DNA of 64,000 nt, taken from contig NC_043007.1 of the NCBI RefSeq assembly GCF_006345805.1, positions 43,338,001 through 43,402,000 of the forward strand. Direction: 5' to 3'. The notes below the pieces were generated by a model. That model was not told the origin of the DNA. It ran no database searches and saw only the letters and a program-made list of their open reading frames with translations. The stretch comes from Octopus sinensis. Lineage: Eukaryota. Below are positions 1-12,034 of the stretch, piece by piece; the stretch's first letter is position 1; every line of letters starts with the position of its first letter. Both the position numbers and the translations under genes were made by a program.

Positions 1-149
1 ACTATTTTAAGAAAAATGGTAATAGAGATACTATTTGCTCTTTGGGGAGTCACCAACAGAATGCACAATGAGAGGATTGTCATCAACATCATTAATCCCT
101 GGATATTACTATTACGAATCTTAAGACTCATAGGGTCAGTTATCCAGTT

Positions 150-310
150 CCCATAGTATATAAGTGACTGAAATCACAACACTCACCTTGAACGGAATGC
201 CAGTCTGTCAGGGTTTACTCACTTACAAGCTGGAGAGGACTGGAGCAACGTGAAGCGAAGTGTTTTGCTCAAGAACACAACGCACTATCCAATCCAGCAA
301 CTGAAACGAT
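150..310 (-). mobile_element. tRNA-derived SINE fragment (family B, same as 21696-22016)
   Basis: ctggagcaacgtgaagcgaagtgttttgctcaagaacacaacgc is the reverse complement of the conserved body of the SINE at 21696. Boundaries approximate. Confidence 0.6.
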
Positions 311-989
311 TTTTTGGGTCCCTCCACACCAATTTTTCTTTTCACCGCGGTCTAAGAAATGATATGGGGAAAGTGAAGCTTTTTTATGAAACAAAATTTC
401 GGAGAATTTAGTTTTTTCACCCTCCATCTCCGGACCGATTTTTGCCAAGTTTTTTTTTCTCCTTTTTTTGCACTACGCACAACGTCCTTATCCTTGGTTC
501 GCCCGTCCCCCCGCCTGCCATTCGCTCCTGAAGTCCAGGCTTAGCCAGCTCGAAACTGCGGGTCAGACTGAATCTGATCACCCATCCAATATTCTTTCTG
601 TTAAGGAACTGCTTTGCCATGCCGAAGCTTCTATATACCTTCCGCAGTGTCTTTTTTTTTTTTATCACACATCTGTATCCAGGAGATATGTAACATCTAG
701 TACGATGACACTGGATAGCAAGAGACTATCTTATCAGTCAGATATGGTACTTTTCTTGTTGGTGACCTTGTTGAGTTCTTCACACCAACTGAACCTGCTG
801 TGATCGGGTAACGCGAGGTGGCCTTCATCCTGCAGACGTCCGCCCCCTCTCCCCTTTGTAGACAGTCTCCTCAAAACAAGTAGGACGCTAACCAGTGCAA
901 CATAATTTTGAAGGGGCTAGTCCTCCGACTTGACTAGCACCGTCTAGCATGTTGCCGCGCGGCCTTCTAGCCCCATAGTAATGCTATTA

Positions 990-1690
990 CATTTGGTTGG
1001 CACTCAGCTAGGTAGTACCTGTTCTCGCATCGATGTTTCCTTGAGGCTCAGGATCACTGAGCTTCACAAATTCCGCTACGGACCTGCATTGGATTCTTTC
1101 GGCTTCTAACCATTGCCATACCATCATAGAGATGGCCGCCTTCCACGCCATGTTGCTCTCAACGAAATTATAAAGCATGGCCTAGACGCCGTAGGTTCCT
1201 TTCCCAGCTTGAGCTAGCGAGGTGGACTGAGGAGTTAGTAAAAGGCTAGACAGCATGACAATTTTCTTGTTTCACGATGGTAGGCACCTCATCTAGGGTA
1301 CCACATGCTGCGACGCTTTCTCAGTGGCAACCTGGTGAGTTCGGTTGCCGGCCTGGACTTTGCTGTTCGTTAGGCCGAGAAAGGCAAACTGACAAACTAT
1401 CGATCGCTCTCTGATAGATTTGTGGTCGAGCCTGTGACAGTGAAAACCTCCGGCGTTCTTTCTGCAGCCCTCTTCCTTCCAAACTGCGGCAGTAGCCCCC
1501 TCATCTGGAATGTTATATCCGACACCTCAAGCGGAAACCTGGTGTGTTCGGCTACTAGCCCTAGCTCTGCTATTCATTAGGCAGAGAAAGGCAAACTGTC
1601 AAAGTATCGACCGTGCTCTGACACATTTGTGGTCGAGCTTGTGGCAGAGGAATCTCCGGCGTTCTTGGTGCGGAGTTGGCTACCAGCGGG
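990..1690 (+). mobile_element. Degenerate 3' end of a CRE-clade-like non-LTR retrotransposon (zinc knuckle + restriction-like endonuclease), with a ~205-bp internal tandem duplication
   Basis: Translation across stops and frameshifts gives ...GRLPRHVALNEIIKHGLDAVG..SQLE..D*GVSKRLDSMTIFLFHDGRHLI*GTTCCDAFS...AEKGKLTNYRSLSDRFVVEPVTVKTSGV. This matches the recalled RH..N..I..L / E / RPD..T.FP..GR.L.WD / AE..K..Y..L / PVAVET.G pattern. About 1327-1470 is repeated at about 1533-1680. Confidence 0.7.
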
Positions 1691-2674
1691 TGTAAGCCGA
1701 ATTAGTTATTCCGGCACGTCTCCCTCGCCATCCCCCGAGACAGAACCTTTTCCATTTTGTCTGCCGGTACCATGAGGCGGACTGATTAATCCTTTTAGTT
1801 ATAACTGTCGTACATTACTGGTTGATGCACCATTAATAATAATAATAATAATGGAATAAGGGTTGTTCTGACAGGTTAACTTTCACTTACTACTTCAAGG
1901 AAGGACTCGTTGGAACTGAGAGATGATCACGGCTAAGAATGTTTCTAAAACTAAAATTAGACTGACAGAAAGAGAAGCAAGATTTAATTCCCTTGAAGAC
2001 TTAGATTAAAGTTGTTTCCCTTTAGTGTTCTGCGCGTGAAATGAAATCAACTTTCTTGTAAATGACGGTAGTGAGAAGCTTGCTTTCCAACGATATGGTT
2101 TTGGGTTCAGTCCCTCTACGTGGCACCTTGGGTAGGTGTCTTCTGTTTTAGTCTCTGGTCAACCAAATCCTTGTAAGTTGATTTCGAAGATGGAATATAT
2201 ATAGCACTGGGGTCGATTTGTTTGAGTAAACCCCTTCAGGGCAGAGGTACATCATGGCCGTGGTCCAATGACTGGAACAAGACAAAAATAAGTTACTATC
2301 ATTTGAACACCATTATTAGGATAGCATTAAACACGCTTTTGTAAACATGTCTCATCAAACAGTTCATATTTAAGCTTATAGGGAGCATGTAATGGTGTTT
2401 ATGCACTTTAATTTTGTATCATGTTTCAGAGAATAAATCTTGGTAGATGACTTTTATTGAATTGAGTCTTTTGTAAATAAAAAGTCAATGCTATTTGTAC
2501 AGCTGTCATTTAGAAGAGCGTGAACTAACTTCTATTTATTCAGACTTAAAGACGCTACTGTGTAATGAATAAAAAAGAATCAAAACAAGAGGTCGTCTTT
2601 ATTTGCATTTGCGTTCGATAGCTGAAGGAAATAGATTGATGAGCAACCTAGCATTAGATTTATATATTGACACA

Positions 2675-2830
2675 AAGTTGGCTGTGTGGCAAGAAGTCTG
2701 ATTCCCAACCACATAGATCTGGGTTCAGTCCCACTGCATCTTGGGTGTCTTCTACTATAGCCTCGGGCCGACCAACCTTCTGAAGGAATTTCGGTTAATG
2801 TTTACATCTTGATCCGGAAATGAAAATCCC
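2675..2830 (+). mobile_element. tRNA-derived SINE (family A), partial
   Basis: ggctgtgtggcaagaag...ccaaccacata...gggttcagtcccactgc...gtgtcttctactatagcctcgggccgacc. Related copies at about 2075-2200, 19337-19520(-), 25166-25315, 46315-46475(-), 53120-53265(-), 62270-62360(-). Confidence 0.65.
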
Positions 2831-2894
2831 CCCAAAATACTAGGATGGGTGTAAAACTGTGTAGGAAACGAATATGAAAAAAAAAAAAAAAAAA

Positions 2895-3605
2895 CGCGCG
2901 CAAAGCAACGGGAGAGTGGGGAGAGAACTTCGGAAAATTCAGAAGATCCAAGCATTTCCCTCGTAACTTTTAGGAAAATGGAGTTTTTCAATGAAAAATT
3001 ATAGAAATAACTTTCAAATGGCATACATTACGATTATAAAGTAATTTGTGGGGAAAATCTTGAGGTGAGGGAGAGGACTTGCGGAAAATTCCCAAGATCC
3101 GAATTTTTCCGCGTTATATTCCGAAATCACATTCAACTTTCTACAGATACCCTAGCGTAGTACTACTACACTACATAGTGTTTATTTCTACCCACTTTCA
3201 ATAATTTTTAATGTTTTCGCTTCAATTTTGTTTCATTTTTCAATTATTTTTACGCTTTTAAAACCATTCGCTGTTATTCTCATTCACTCATTAATTTCTC
3301 ACTCTCTATCAATCTAATCTATATATTATATACATAAAAAAAAAAAATATATATATATATACACAAGCATATATTCACACACACACATATATAGTTACGA
3401 GGGAAAAAAACTTGGATCTTGTGAATTTTCCAAAGTCCTCTCCCCATCCTTTGGAAAATATTTTCCCCATAAATTACTTTAAAATCGCAATGTATGCCGT
3501 TTGAAAGGTATTTCTATCAAATTTCATTGAAAAAACCCATTTTCCTAAAAGTTATGCGGGAAAAACTCGGATTTTGTGAATTTTCCGAAAGTCCTCTCCC
3601 CACCT
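2895..3605. repeat. Foldback arrangement of the ~157-bp repeat family (plus arm ~2895-3125, minus arm ~3400-3605, (TA)/(CA) spacer)
   Basis: gggagaggacttgcggaaaattcccaagatccg on + and ttggatcttgtgaattttccaaagtcctctcccc as its reverse complement. Confidence 0.75.
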
Positions 3606-4236
3606 CCTCTGTTCATTTGGATAAGCTGTAGAAATTGTTGCGCGCGCGCACCCACAAGCACAAAAATTCTCCGGACATTTAGCTGTTATTTTTAGCATAT
3701 ACTTCCGTGGCGAGGGCTTCACATGCCGTGGTCCTAAACAGCCGTTCATTTTCACTTTTAGACAGCGGGATGGGTTGTGGGTCAATTTTGGAGTTTTTCA
3801 TAAAAAATTTGAAATTAAAATTTTTTTCTCCATATTCTCAATATCCGTACTTCCCACCGTAGATTGAAAAAAAATCGGAACGGTCAGTTTAGTGGGTGGT
3901 TGTCTGTCCTCCAGTTCCACCTATGTGTGTGTGTCTGTTTGTCCACCATCGGTAACCGGTTTGGCTTGTGGTCCGTAGAATAAGTACCAGGCTTAAAAAT
4001 GTACGGGGTCAATTCATTCGTCTAAAATTCTCCCAGGTGGTGCCCCAACATGGCCGTAGTCTAATGACTGAAACAAATAAAAGTTCCTTTTGAAGATCGA
4101 TGAGTAACATATGAAATATATTTTTATTAGACTTAATAAAGGGAAAGACCTGCGCGAATAGACTATATTCTTAAAGAAAAATTTCTTTTAATGCAGTAAA
4201 CCTAAGCTCCGGAAATTGTTAGCAGTTGCATGGAGT

Positions 4237-4248
4237 AGTCACGTGATT
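4237..4248 (+). promoter_or_regulatory. AGTCACGTGATT E-box-containing motif upstream of H2B
   Basis: The same 12-mer occurs in the H4 promoter in the same orientation relative to the gene (8374-8385, -). Confidence 0.55.
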
Positions 4249-4275
4249 AAGTGAAGCGTGAGTCACCAGTATCCA

Positions 4276-4342
4276 CCAATGAAATTGAAGCGCTAAAATG
4301 TTGAGAGATTGTGCTGGTGAGCCTACCTGCCGACTATAAATA
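4276..4342 (+). promoter_or_regulatory. H2B core promoter: CCAAT (4276-4280) and TATAAATA (4335-4342)
   Basis: Motifs lie about 110 and 55 nt upstream of the ATG; their homologues are present upstream of the pseudogene copy. Confidence 0.75.
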
Positions 4343-4389
4343 GAATTGCTTCGCGTTGTTCCAGCAGTTGATTCTGACTACCAAGAAGT

Positions 4390-4764
4390 ATGCCACCTGC
4401 AGTAGCAGCACCGTCGAAGGGAGCAAAGAAAGCGGCTAAGGCTAAGCCTGCGCGTTCTGGAGATAAGAAAAAGAAGAGGAAGAGAAAGGAAAGCTATTCC
4501 ATCTACATCTACAAAGTGTTGAAACAGGTTCATCCCGACACTGGAGTTTCCAGCAAAGCCATGTCTATCATGAACAGTTTTGTGAACGATTTGTTCGAAA
4601 GAATAGCTTCTGAGTCCAGCCGTTTGGCTCACTACAACAAGCGTTCGACCATCAGTAGCCGTGAAGTACAGACTGCTGTCCGTCTTCTCCTTCCTGGTGA
4701 ATTAGCCAAACACGCTGTCTCAGAAGGTACCAAGGCTGTCACCAAGTACACCAGTAGCAAGTAG
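4390..4764 (+). CDS. H2B: Histone H2B (replication-dependent type, intronless, 124 aa)
   Basis: Intact [17 protein letters not shown]...[35 protein letters not shown]...AVTKYTSSK, with TATA/CCAAT upstream and a stem-loop downstream. Confidence 0.98.
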   Translation: MPPAVAAPSKGAKKAAKAKPARSGDKKKKRKRKESYSIYIYKVLKQVHPDTGVSSKAMSIMNSFVNDLFERIASESSRLAHYNKRSTISSREVQTAVRLLLPGELAKHAVSEGTKAVTKYTSSK

Positions 4765-4793
4765 AGAGATCTACCACTTGCTTTCTATAAAAC

Positions 4794-4809
4794 GGCCCTT
4801 TTAAGGGCT
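4794..4809 (+). terminator. Histone 3' stem-loop of H2B (GGCCCT-TTTA-AGGGCT)
   Basis: 16-nt hairpin 30 nt after the stop, preceded by AAAAC; the basal pair is G.U instead of G-C. Confidence 0.9.
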
Positions 4810-5634
4810 AGCAAAATTTGTGTAAAGTTATCTCTCCAATTGATAAATGTGCAATTGTGTTCTTATTTGCTAGGTTAGCTTCTCATCCTATTTTTTGTTC
4901 ATGATAAAATGCTTGACATTTTCAGTTGCTTGCAGTCTGAATTACCTTTGTGCCCTTCCTTACAGGTTTTACTTCTCGTGGAAAAGGCTCCGAAAGCTAC
5001 AAAATATTTCAAATTAACATGTTTGCTACTACCGACATGTTTTATGACGAAACATAAGGATATGCTTCTAAGAGATGTAACTTTTTGTTTTTTCATCTGG
5101 CCAAATAATTTAGTTTAAACCAAGGTGTGTTAATCGATTTTAAGGAAATCTAGTTGTATGAAATAACTTCGTATGTTTGCAAGTATAATCCAGCACGTCG
5201 AGAAGGATACCCCTCTAAATTCCACGAGAAAGGAAAATCTTAGGATGGGGGTTGCGATTCTGAAAATTTTTACCCATATCCTTCTCTGTATTAGAGACGT
5301 CAAGGTGACGTCTTCACGAGTGCCAAACTTGCTTCCTCCACGTAAATTCGTGCAGATTTGGAAAAAGAATTCGCGGACTCCTAAAACAGTCGTGCCATAG
5401 TCTTTTTCCATGTGTTAAAACAGTTGGATCCTCCATAATCCGTGTTTCTCCAGATTTTTCCAATTATTTTTCACTGGGCTCTAAACTTTGATTCCTCTCA
5501 CCTCCGGACAGATTTTGGCCATTTTATTTTTGTACTGTGCACTTAAAACCATGGGAGAAGGTGCCACCAAAGCAAAACAAAAACACAAGTGTAATAGGTG
5601 TAAAAATAAGTATATTTGACGAAAACAATTTTGC

Positions 5635-6450
5635 GCCAATGAACCGTGAGGTGGGGAGAGGACTTTAGGAAAATTCACAAGATACGATTTTTTCCATCAT
5701 GACTTTTAGGAAAATGAATATCTTTTCATGAAATTTTATACAAAAATCTTTGAAATGGCATAGATTACGAATATTAAAAATCTTGTGGAGAAAAATTTTT
5801 CCGAGGGCGTGTGGAGAGGACTTTCGAAGACGAAGAAATTCATAAATTAATTTTCCTCACAAATTTCTTTATAATTGTAATCTATGCCGTTTGAAAGGTT
5901 TTTATATCCAATTTCATTAAAAGATATCCATTTTCATAAAAGTTATGAAGGAAAACATCGGGGTTAATGTTTAAAACCCGGTCACTAGAACAAGTGTATA
6001 ATAGGTATATATTAAATTAAAATGAGAAAAATGTGTGCCATTGAGCCGGAGGGTGGAGAGAGGATTTTCGGAAATTCATAAGATCCGATTTTGATTGTTT
6101 ACTTTCAGCAAAAAAAAAAGCCTAATAGGTCTAAAAAGTGTGTAGAAAACATTTGCGCAAACGAACGAAGACTTTCGGAAAATTCACACGATCCGATTTT
6201 CCCCTCAACTTTACAGAAAATGGATATACCTTTCAAACGGCATAGATTACGATTATAAAGAAATTTGAGAAAAATTTTTTCAGAAGGGGTGGGGAGAGGA
6301 TTTGGGGAAAATTCACACGATCCGATTTTTTCTCATAACTTTCAGGAAAATGAATATCTTTTAATGAAAGTTTATACAAATACTTTTCAAGTAGCATAGA
6401 TTACAATAGAGAATTTTTTCCAAGGGAGTGGGGAGAAGATTTACGGATCA
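5635..6450. repeat. Array of ~157-bp repeat units in mixed orientation (+ ~5635-5830, - ~5845-5965, + ~6035-6450)
   Basis: Recurrent gaggactttcggaaaattcacacgatccgatttt...cataactttcaggaaaatggata...ttcaaacggcatagattacgattataaag and its reverse complement. Confidence 0.8.
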
Positions 6451-7926
6451 AGAACACCACGAAAGTTGGAATTTCTCCGCTTTGACGAGGATTTTTCCAA
6501 TTGTTTTTCACCACAGCCTTCGAAATGATGGGGAGCATCATTTTATGATAAAACGGTTTGGAAAATTTATGATTTTTTTTTACTCCCCTCCCCTCTTAAT
6601 GATGATACCAATGGACCCGTGCCCCAAAATGATAATTTAAATTTTTACCCCTAGCATTATTAAGCGAAGCTGTGTGTGTCTAACAGAAAAGTATGCTATT
6701 AAAAATTAATTATTTTTTACATACTTATTTTTAAAAAAATCACTGTGGATGAAATGCCAGAAATGACCTCAGGATCTCCAATATTTAAAATTATAAACAG
6801 AATCAGGGGCGGAGAGTAGGTTTGAAAAAAAATCAATTTTCAAATTTTTTTTTATAGCATAAATGTTTATGGGAAGGAAAATATTGAAAAACATCAATAC
6901 ATGCGGGAGTAAGAAATAAACGATGAGGGTTGTCTTGGGATGTGCTAGAAACGCCAGCCAAATCTCCTTTAAATCATACTTTTTCCTCTGAAAATATTTA
7001 CAATCTTTTTTTTTTACCGAAAAGGCTCCTCCCATTGTTTTTAAGTGGATAAAAAATCGGTCCGAAGATGGGAGTGGGGAGTAAAAAAATGAACTTATGT
7101 AGTCTTTCCCCTCCCTACTTATCATTTCCAAGGCCGTAGTGAAAAAAATAGGAAAAATCCCCGTCAAAACGGAGAAAATCCAATTCATGTGGGCATCCTG
7201 ATCCGAAACTTTGAATAACCATTGTTTCAGTTCCTTGATTGGGTAGGATGCTGTGCTCTTGAGCGAAACACTTCATGACACGTTGGCAGAATTAGCAAAA
7301 TCTCCCTTAAGTCGCACCCTACAATTAAACGAAAGAAAAGACTGGTACACATCTGAAATGTCCCCCAAACTGCCTTAGTCACAATGCATATGATTCCGGG
7401 TTCCTTGTGCAGGAAAAAGCCTAGGATTCTAGGTTCCTCCTTGCATAAGGAAATAAAAACTGGTTACATTTGGAACACTTTTTCAGAGAACTGCCACGAT
7501 ATATATTTATGTAAGTGTTTATATTTGTGTTGTGTGCACATACATATACTTACATCACAAATACACATAAACATAAGGGATTCAACTGAAAAAAATACAA
7601 GAATAAGTATTTAAGTTTCACTTCCCGTATACATTCTTCGAAAGATTTCCAAGTCCCGTTATATAATTAGGAATTGTATAATAAACATTGCAAAAATATT
7701 TTGTGTATTGGATGTTATAACCAATTTATTGTACATAAATTTTAAAAGAATATATCGGTTCTTAACACGACTATATTGTAACATACACAATGTTGCTGAT
7801 TCGGCTTATTAATTTTGAACTTCTGATTCGAGCAAGTGGGAAAAAAATCTAGTAAATGTACAATTCGCAGCACAAAATACATATCGTAGGTGATTTGATT
7901 GAGAAAACGAACATTAAAATGTTAGT

Positions 7927-7942
7927 GGCCCTGAAAAGGGCC
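7927..7942 (-). terminator. Canonical histone 3' stem-loop of H4 (GGCCCTTTTCAGGGCC)
   Basis: Perfect consensus hairpin 29 nt after the H4 stop on the minus strand. Confidence 0.95.
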
Positions 7943-7971
7943 GGTTGCATCTGCAGGCTGAACTAAAGTGT

Positions 7972-8385
<414 letters not shown>

Positions 8386-8569
8386 CGTAGTTAGATGGGT
8401 AAATCAGCAGCAGTAGCCAATGTTTGACTAATTATTATGCTGCCTTCCCATTCAGTACATTCATTGTCTAGTTGTTAGGTGAGATAAGTAAAATGGCTTA
8501 CTAAGTAGATTGTTTGCAAGGTCAGTATAAAGTTTGAAAACAAACAAAAAAATAACCCAGCCTATTAAG

Positions 8570-9000
8570 TGCAAAATAAATGTGTAGAAAATGAATATTA
8601 AAAATAATTGCGCAAACGAACGGGGGTGGGTGAGGAGAGGACTTTCGGAAAATTCACAAGGTCCGATTTTTCCCTCAACTTTCAGGAAAATGGATGTATA
8701 TTGATGAAATTTTATAGAAATACTGTTCAAATGGGAAAAATTACGATTATAAAGAAATTAATGGGAAAAATTTTTTCCGAAGGAGTAGGAAGAGAGCTGT
8801 CGGAAAATTCACACGATCCGTTTTTTTCCCCTCATAACTTTCAGGAAAATGAATATCCTTTCATGAAATTTTACAGAAACACCTTTCAAACAGCATAGAT
8901 TACAATTATGAAGAAATTTGTGGGGAAAATTTTTTCCGAAGTGTTGGTGAAAGGGCTGTCGGAAAGTTCACCCAATCCGTTTTTTTTCCTCATAACTTTC
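8570..9000 (+). repeat. Three tandem ~155-159-bp units of the same repeat family
   Basis: ggaaaattcac anchors at 8647, 8802 and 8961. Confidence 0.85.
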
Positions 9001-9232
9001 ATGATGTAGTCTAGCGGCCGGTCACCAAACCCCATCGTTAGTGACCAGGTACTGTAGTTCTCGGTAGGCGTTACGAAAATTTAGCAGAGTAGTGGTAGTA
9101 ATAAGTAATAGCGTAAAAAGAAACTGAATTCGAGGGGTGTTCGGTCGGCGGGCGCCGGTGCCCCTCTCATTGTTCCATTTTTCATCATTCTATCATCCTC
9201 ATTAATGTCTCTGTCCAGCCCGCAGCTACCTA

Positions 9233-10502
9233 CGAGGGGCGTTCAATAAGTGATGCCCCTGACCCACTTCCCATAGCAGTAGAGCAACGACACTTGGCAC
9301 AGTTATTAGTCTTTTCCTACATAGGAACTACCCAGAGTTATGCATTTCTCCCATCGTTTGATACAGCTCTGGAGACCGTTTTTGTAGAAGACCCCAGCTT
9401 GGTCCTCCAACCACGACGTGACTTCAGAAGTCAAGGCTGCATCATCTGGGAAACGCTTTCCTTTCAAAATCAACTTCATGGCTGGGAAGAGGTGAAAATC
9501 AGAGGGTGCAAGGGGAGGAGTTCATAGTTGCACGCCTGTGCTTCTGATCTGGCGACACTCGAGTTGTGGACCGGAGCGTTGTCCTGCAGGAGGAGGATGC
9601 CTTTGCTGATCTTGCCCCGCCTCTTGATTTTGATAGCTTCTCTTAATTTCCTCAAAAGTGAAGCATAATAGGCTCCTGTAATTGTGGTACCATTTGCCAG
9701 GAAATCTGTCATCACTACTCCGTCCTGGTCCCAGAAGACTGTGAGCATAACCTTGTCAGCGGAGGGCTGCACCCTTGCCTTCTTTGGAGGAGGTGAGTCA
9801 CGGTGCTTTCACTGCATTGACTGGGCTTTGGTCTATGGATCATAGTGATGGACCCAGGTTTTATCCTGTGTGATCAGTCTTTTGAAAAATTTTGACTCAT
9901 CTTCTTGGCACATCTCCAAATTCATCCTCGAGCACTCAACGCGTTCTTGCTTCTGGAAAGGTGTGAGCAACCTGGAAATCCATCTGGCAGACACCTTTTG
10001 CATATGCAAATGGTCATGAATGATAGTTTCCACAGACCCGGTACTAATCTTGACCTTATGGGCTATTTGGCGAATAGTTATGCGTTGACCTTCCAAAATG
10101 GCAGCCTCAACTTGACGGACAGACGTCTCATCAACGGCAGAAGGAGGCGACCAGATCTGGGAGCTGTTTCCACAGAGTTCCGACTATGTTTGAATTCACA
10201 ATGCCAGCGTTTTACAAGGTCATATGATGGGGCATCATCACCATAAGTTACTTTCATTTCATCAAAAGTCTCCCGTGGTGTGCGTCCTTTCAAATACAAA
10301 AACCAGATCACTGCTCGACACTCAACAGGCTCCATTTCACACTTGACTCAGTTCAAACACCTGTAAATCAGAAACCACAATTAGTTCAGAGGTGTAATTC
10401 GTCACTTAATCTATAGAGGTATAAATAAGTGCACATGCAAAATTTCAGCTAGGTCAAACAACTGCAAGTGGGTCAGGGGCATTACTTATTGAACGCCCCT
10501 CG
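9233..10502 (-). mobile_element. Full-length decayed mariner (DD34D-type, resembles the irritans subfamily), 1270 bp
   Basis: 37-bp TIRs (9233-9269 and 10466-10502, one mismatch) and TA TSD on both sides. Transposase relic 10335->9306 with HTH region, WVHHYDP, QDNAPVH and LAPSDFHLF motifs. Confidence 0.95.
9306..10335 (-). pseudogene. Mariner transposase pseudogene
   Basis: Frameshift after SGR, in-frame TAG after HYDP, and a deletion removing HPPYSPD before LAPSD; ends ...SYVGKD*. Confidence 0.9.
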
Positions 10503-10639
10503 TATTATCTATGTTCGGCCTTAATGGCCAATTTGATGAAATAAAGTAATAGCGTATGTAGGTATGAACATTTTATTAATGGGAGACTGTTAATTGTAGC
10601 GGGTCGAGATATAGCATCTAAGCATCCCTCGCTCTAGTT

Positions 10640-10804
10640 CAGTGGTTCCCAACTTGTGGCCCGCAAAGGTAGTACTGGGGGTCCGTGAACTAAATTCAAT
10701 GTTTCATATATATAAACATAAGAATAAGCATATTAAAAGGGGTCCGAAGGAAAACTCATTTAAATAAAAGGGGTCCTTGATAGTGAAATGGTTGGGAACC
10801 ACTG
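10640..10804. mobile_element. hAT (Charlie-like) MITE, 165 bp
   Basis: 14-bp TIRs CAGTGGTTCCCAAC / GTTGGGAACCACTG; imperfect 8-bp TSD CTCTAGTT / CTCGAGTC. Confidence 0.85.
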
Positions 10805-10877
10805 CTCGAGTCTGTCCGTTGCAAGGAGGAATTTAGATTCGTTCAAAACATTACAGAGCATGAAAAAAAAAAAACAC

Positions 10878-11479
10878 ATTTCACCTTCAAAATGGAGACA
10901 GGTGTAATATAAAACAATCATTTGACGCCTTGCACTATATAAGCTGTATGCATTTCCTTTTCAAACATGTGACTTTTATCAAGTAACTTGGTCGTGGCCT
11001 TTGATCGTATCTGACGAGGAACGAAACGCATCGCTTGCTAATTTTGATTTACGCGTTCCTACAGTTTAAGATATGCAACGACTTGTGGTATTGGGTTTAA
11101 ATAACAGCTTTTGCGCTGTCGTTAGATCTTGCTAGAAATACTAAATAGCACCTTACAATTGTATATATATATGTGTGGATCTTTACATTTTGACCGGCAG
11201 ATTTAAAAAATAATTTCTTTGTAACTAAACACTTTTAAACTTCGTGTACTGGTAGATTTTTCTCTTGGCGTTCTTGAGAAAATTCTGTTTAAAACGATAT
11301 ATTATTAATAATTAATAATTAGTACGTTTGAATATTTAAATACTTTCGTTCCTCGTCAGATATGATCAAGTTACTTGACAAAAGTCACATGTTTGAAAAG
11401 GAAATACATACAGCTTATATAGTGCAAGGCGTCAAATGATTGTTTTATATTACACCTGTCTCCACTTTGAAGGTGAAAT
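10878..11479. repeat. Long inverted repeat (arms 10878-11026 and 11344-11479) with minimal hammerhead-like cores at the inner ends
   Basis: The arms are near-perfect reverse complements; both end in CTGACGA-G-GAA-C-GAAA reading toward the centre. Confidence 0.85.
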
Positions 11480-12034
11480 ACAATATTTAAACGCACAATA
11501 GAAATACAAAATGGTTGACGGTTAGTAAGGAGAGACACAAACAAATAAGAAAGAAGAAAACAAAGGACCACTGATGCGGTCACAGGAGTGTGACGAAAGA
11601 ACTCTGACCGAAATAAGATTAAGATTAATGTAAAAAATAAATATCACTGAAGCAAAATAACACCAAATATATAGTGCGTGTGTTTTTATTGGCTAAACTG
11701 GCAATATGACCATTCCGAAATATAACAATAATTAATAATTATTTATGAATATATCAATGGCCAAACATGTAATCATAAATTTCATTAAAGAAGTCTGTGT
11801 CAAGAATTAGCAGTCAAAACTACTATAAACATTCATATTCTATCTGAATTTTTATGTCATGTCACCCACCAACAGCTTTATTGTGAAGAGATAGAATATG
11901 AGTGTTTATAGTGGGTTGTTTGACTGCTATTTCTAGACATATAAAGGTTTTTGCAACCCTCTCTGTTATAATTGTGATGACAAGAAATATCGCCTTTGTC
12001 ATATTTATTTATTAAAATTCTCTACTCTTCCTAG

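Noticed and set aside
5163-5174. ATAACTTCGTAT, matching a loxP half-site
   Set aside because: No second inverted half-site at the right spacing; treated as a chance match.
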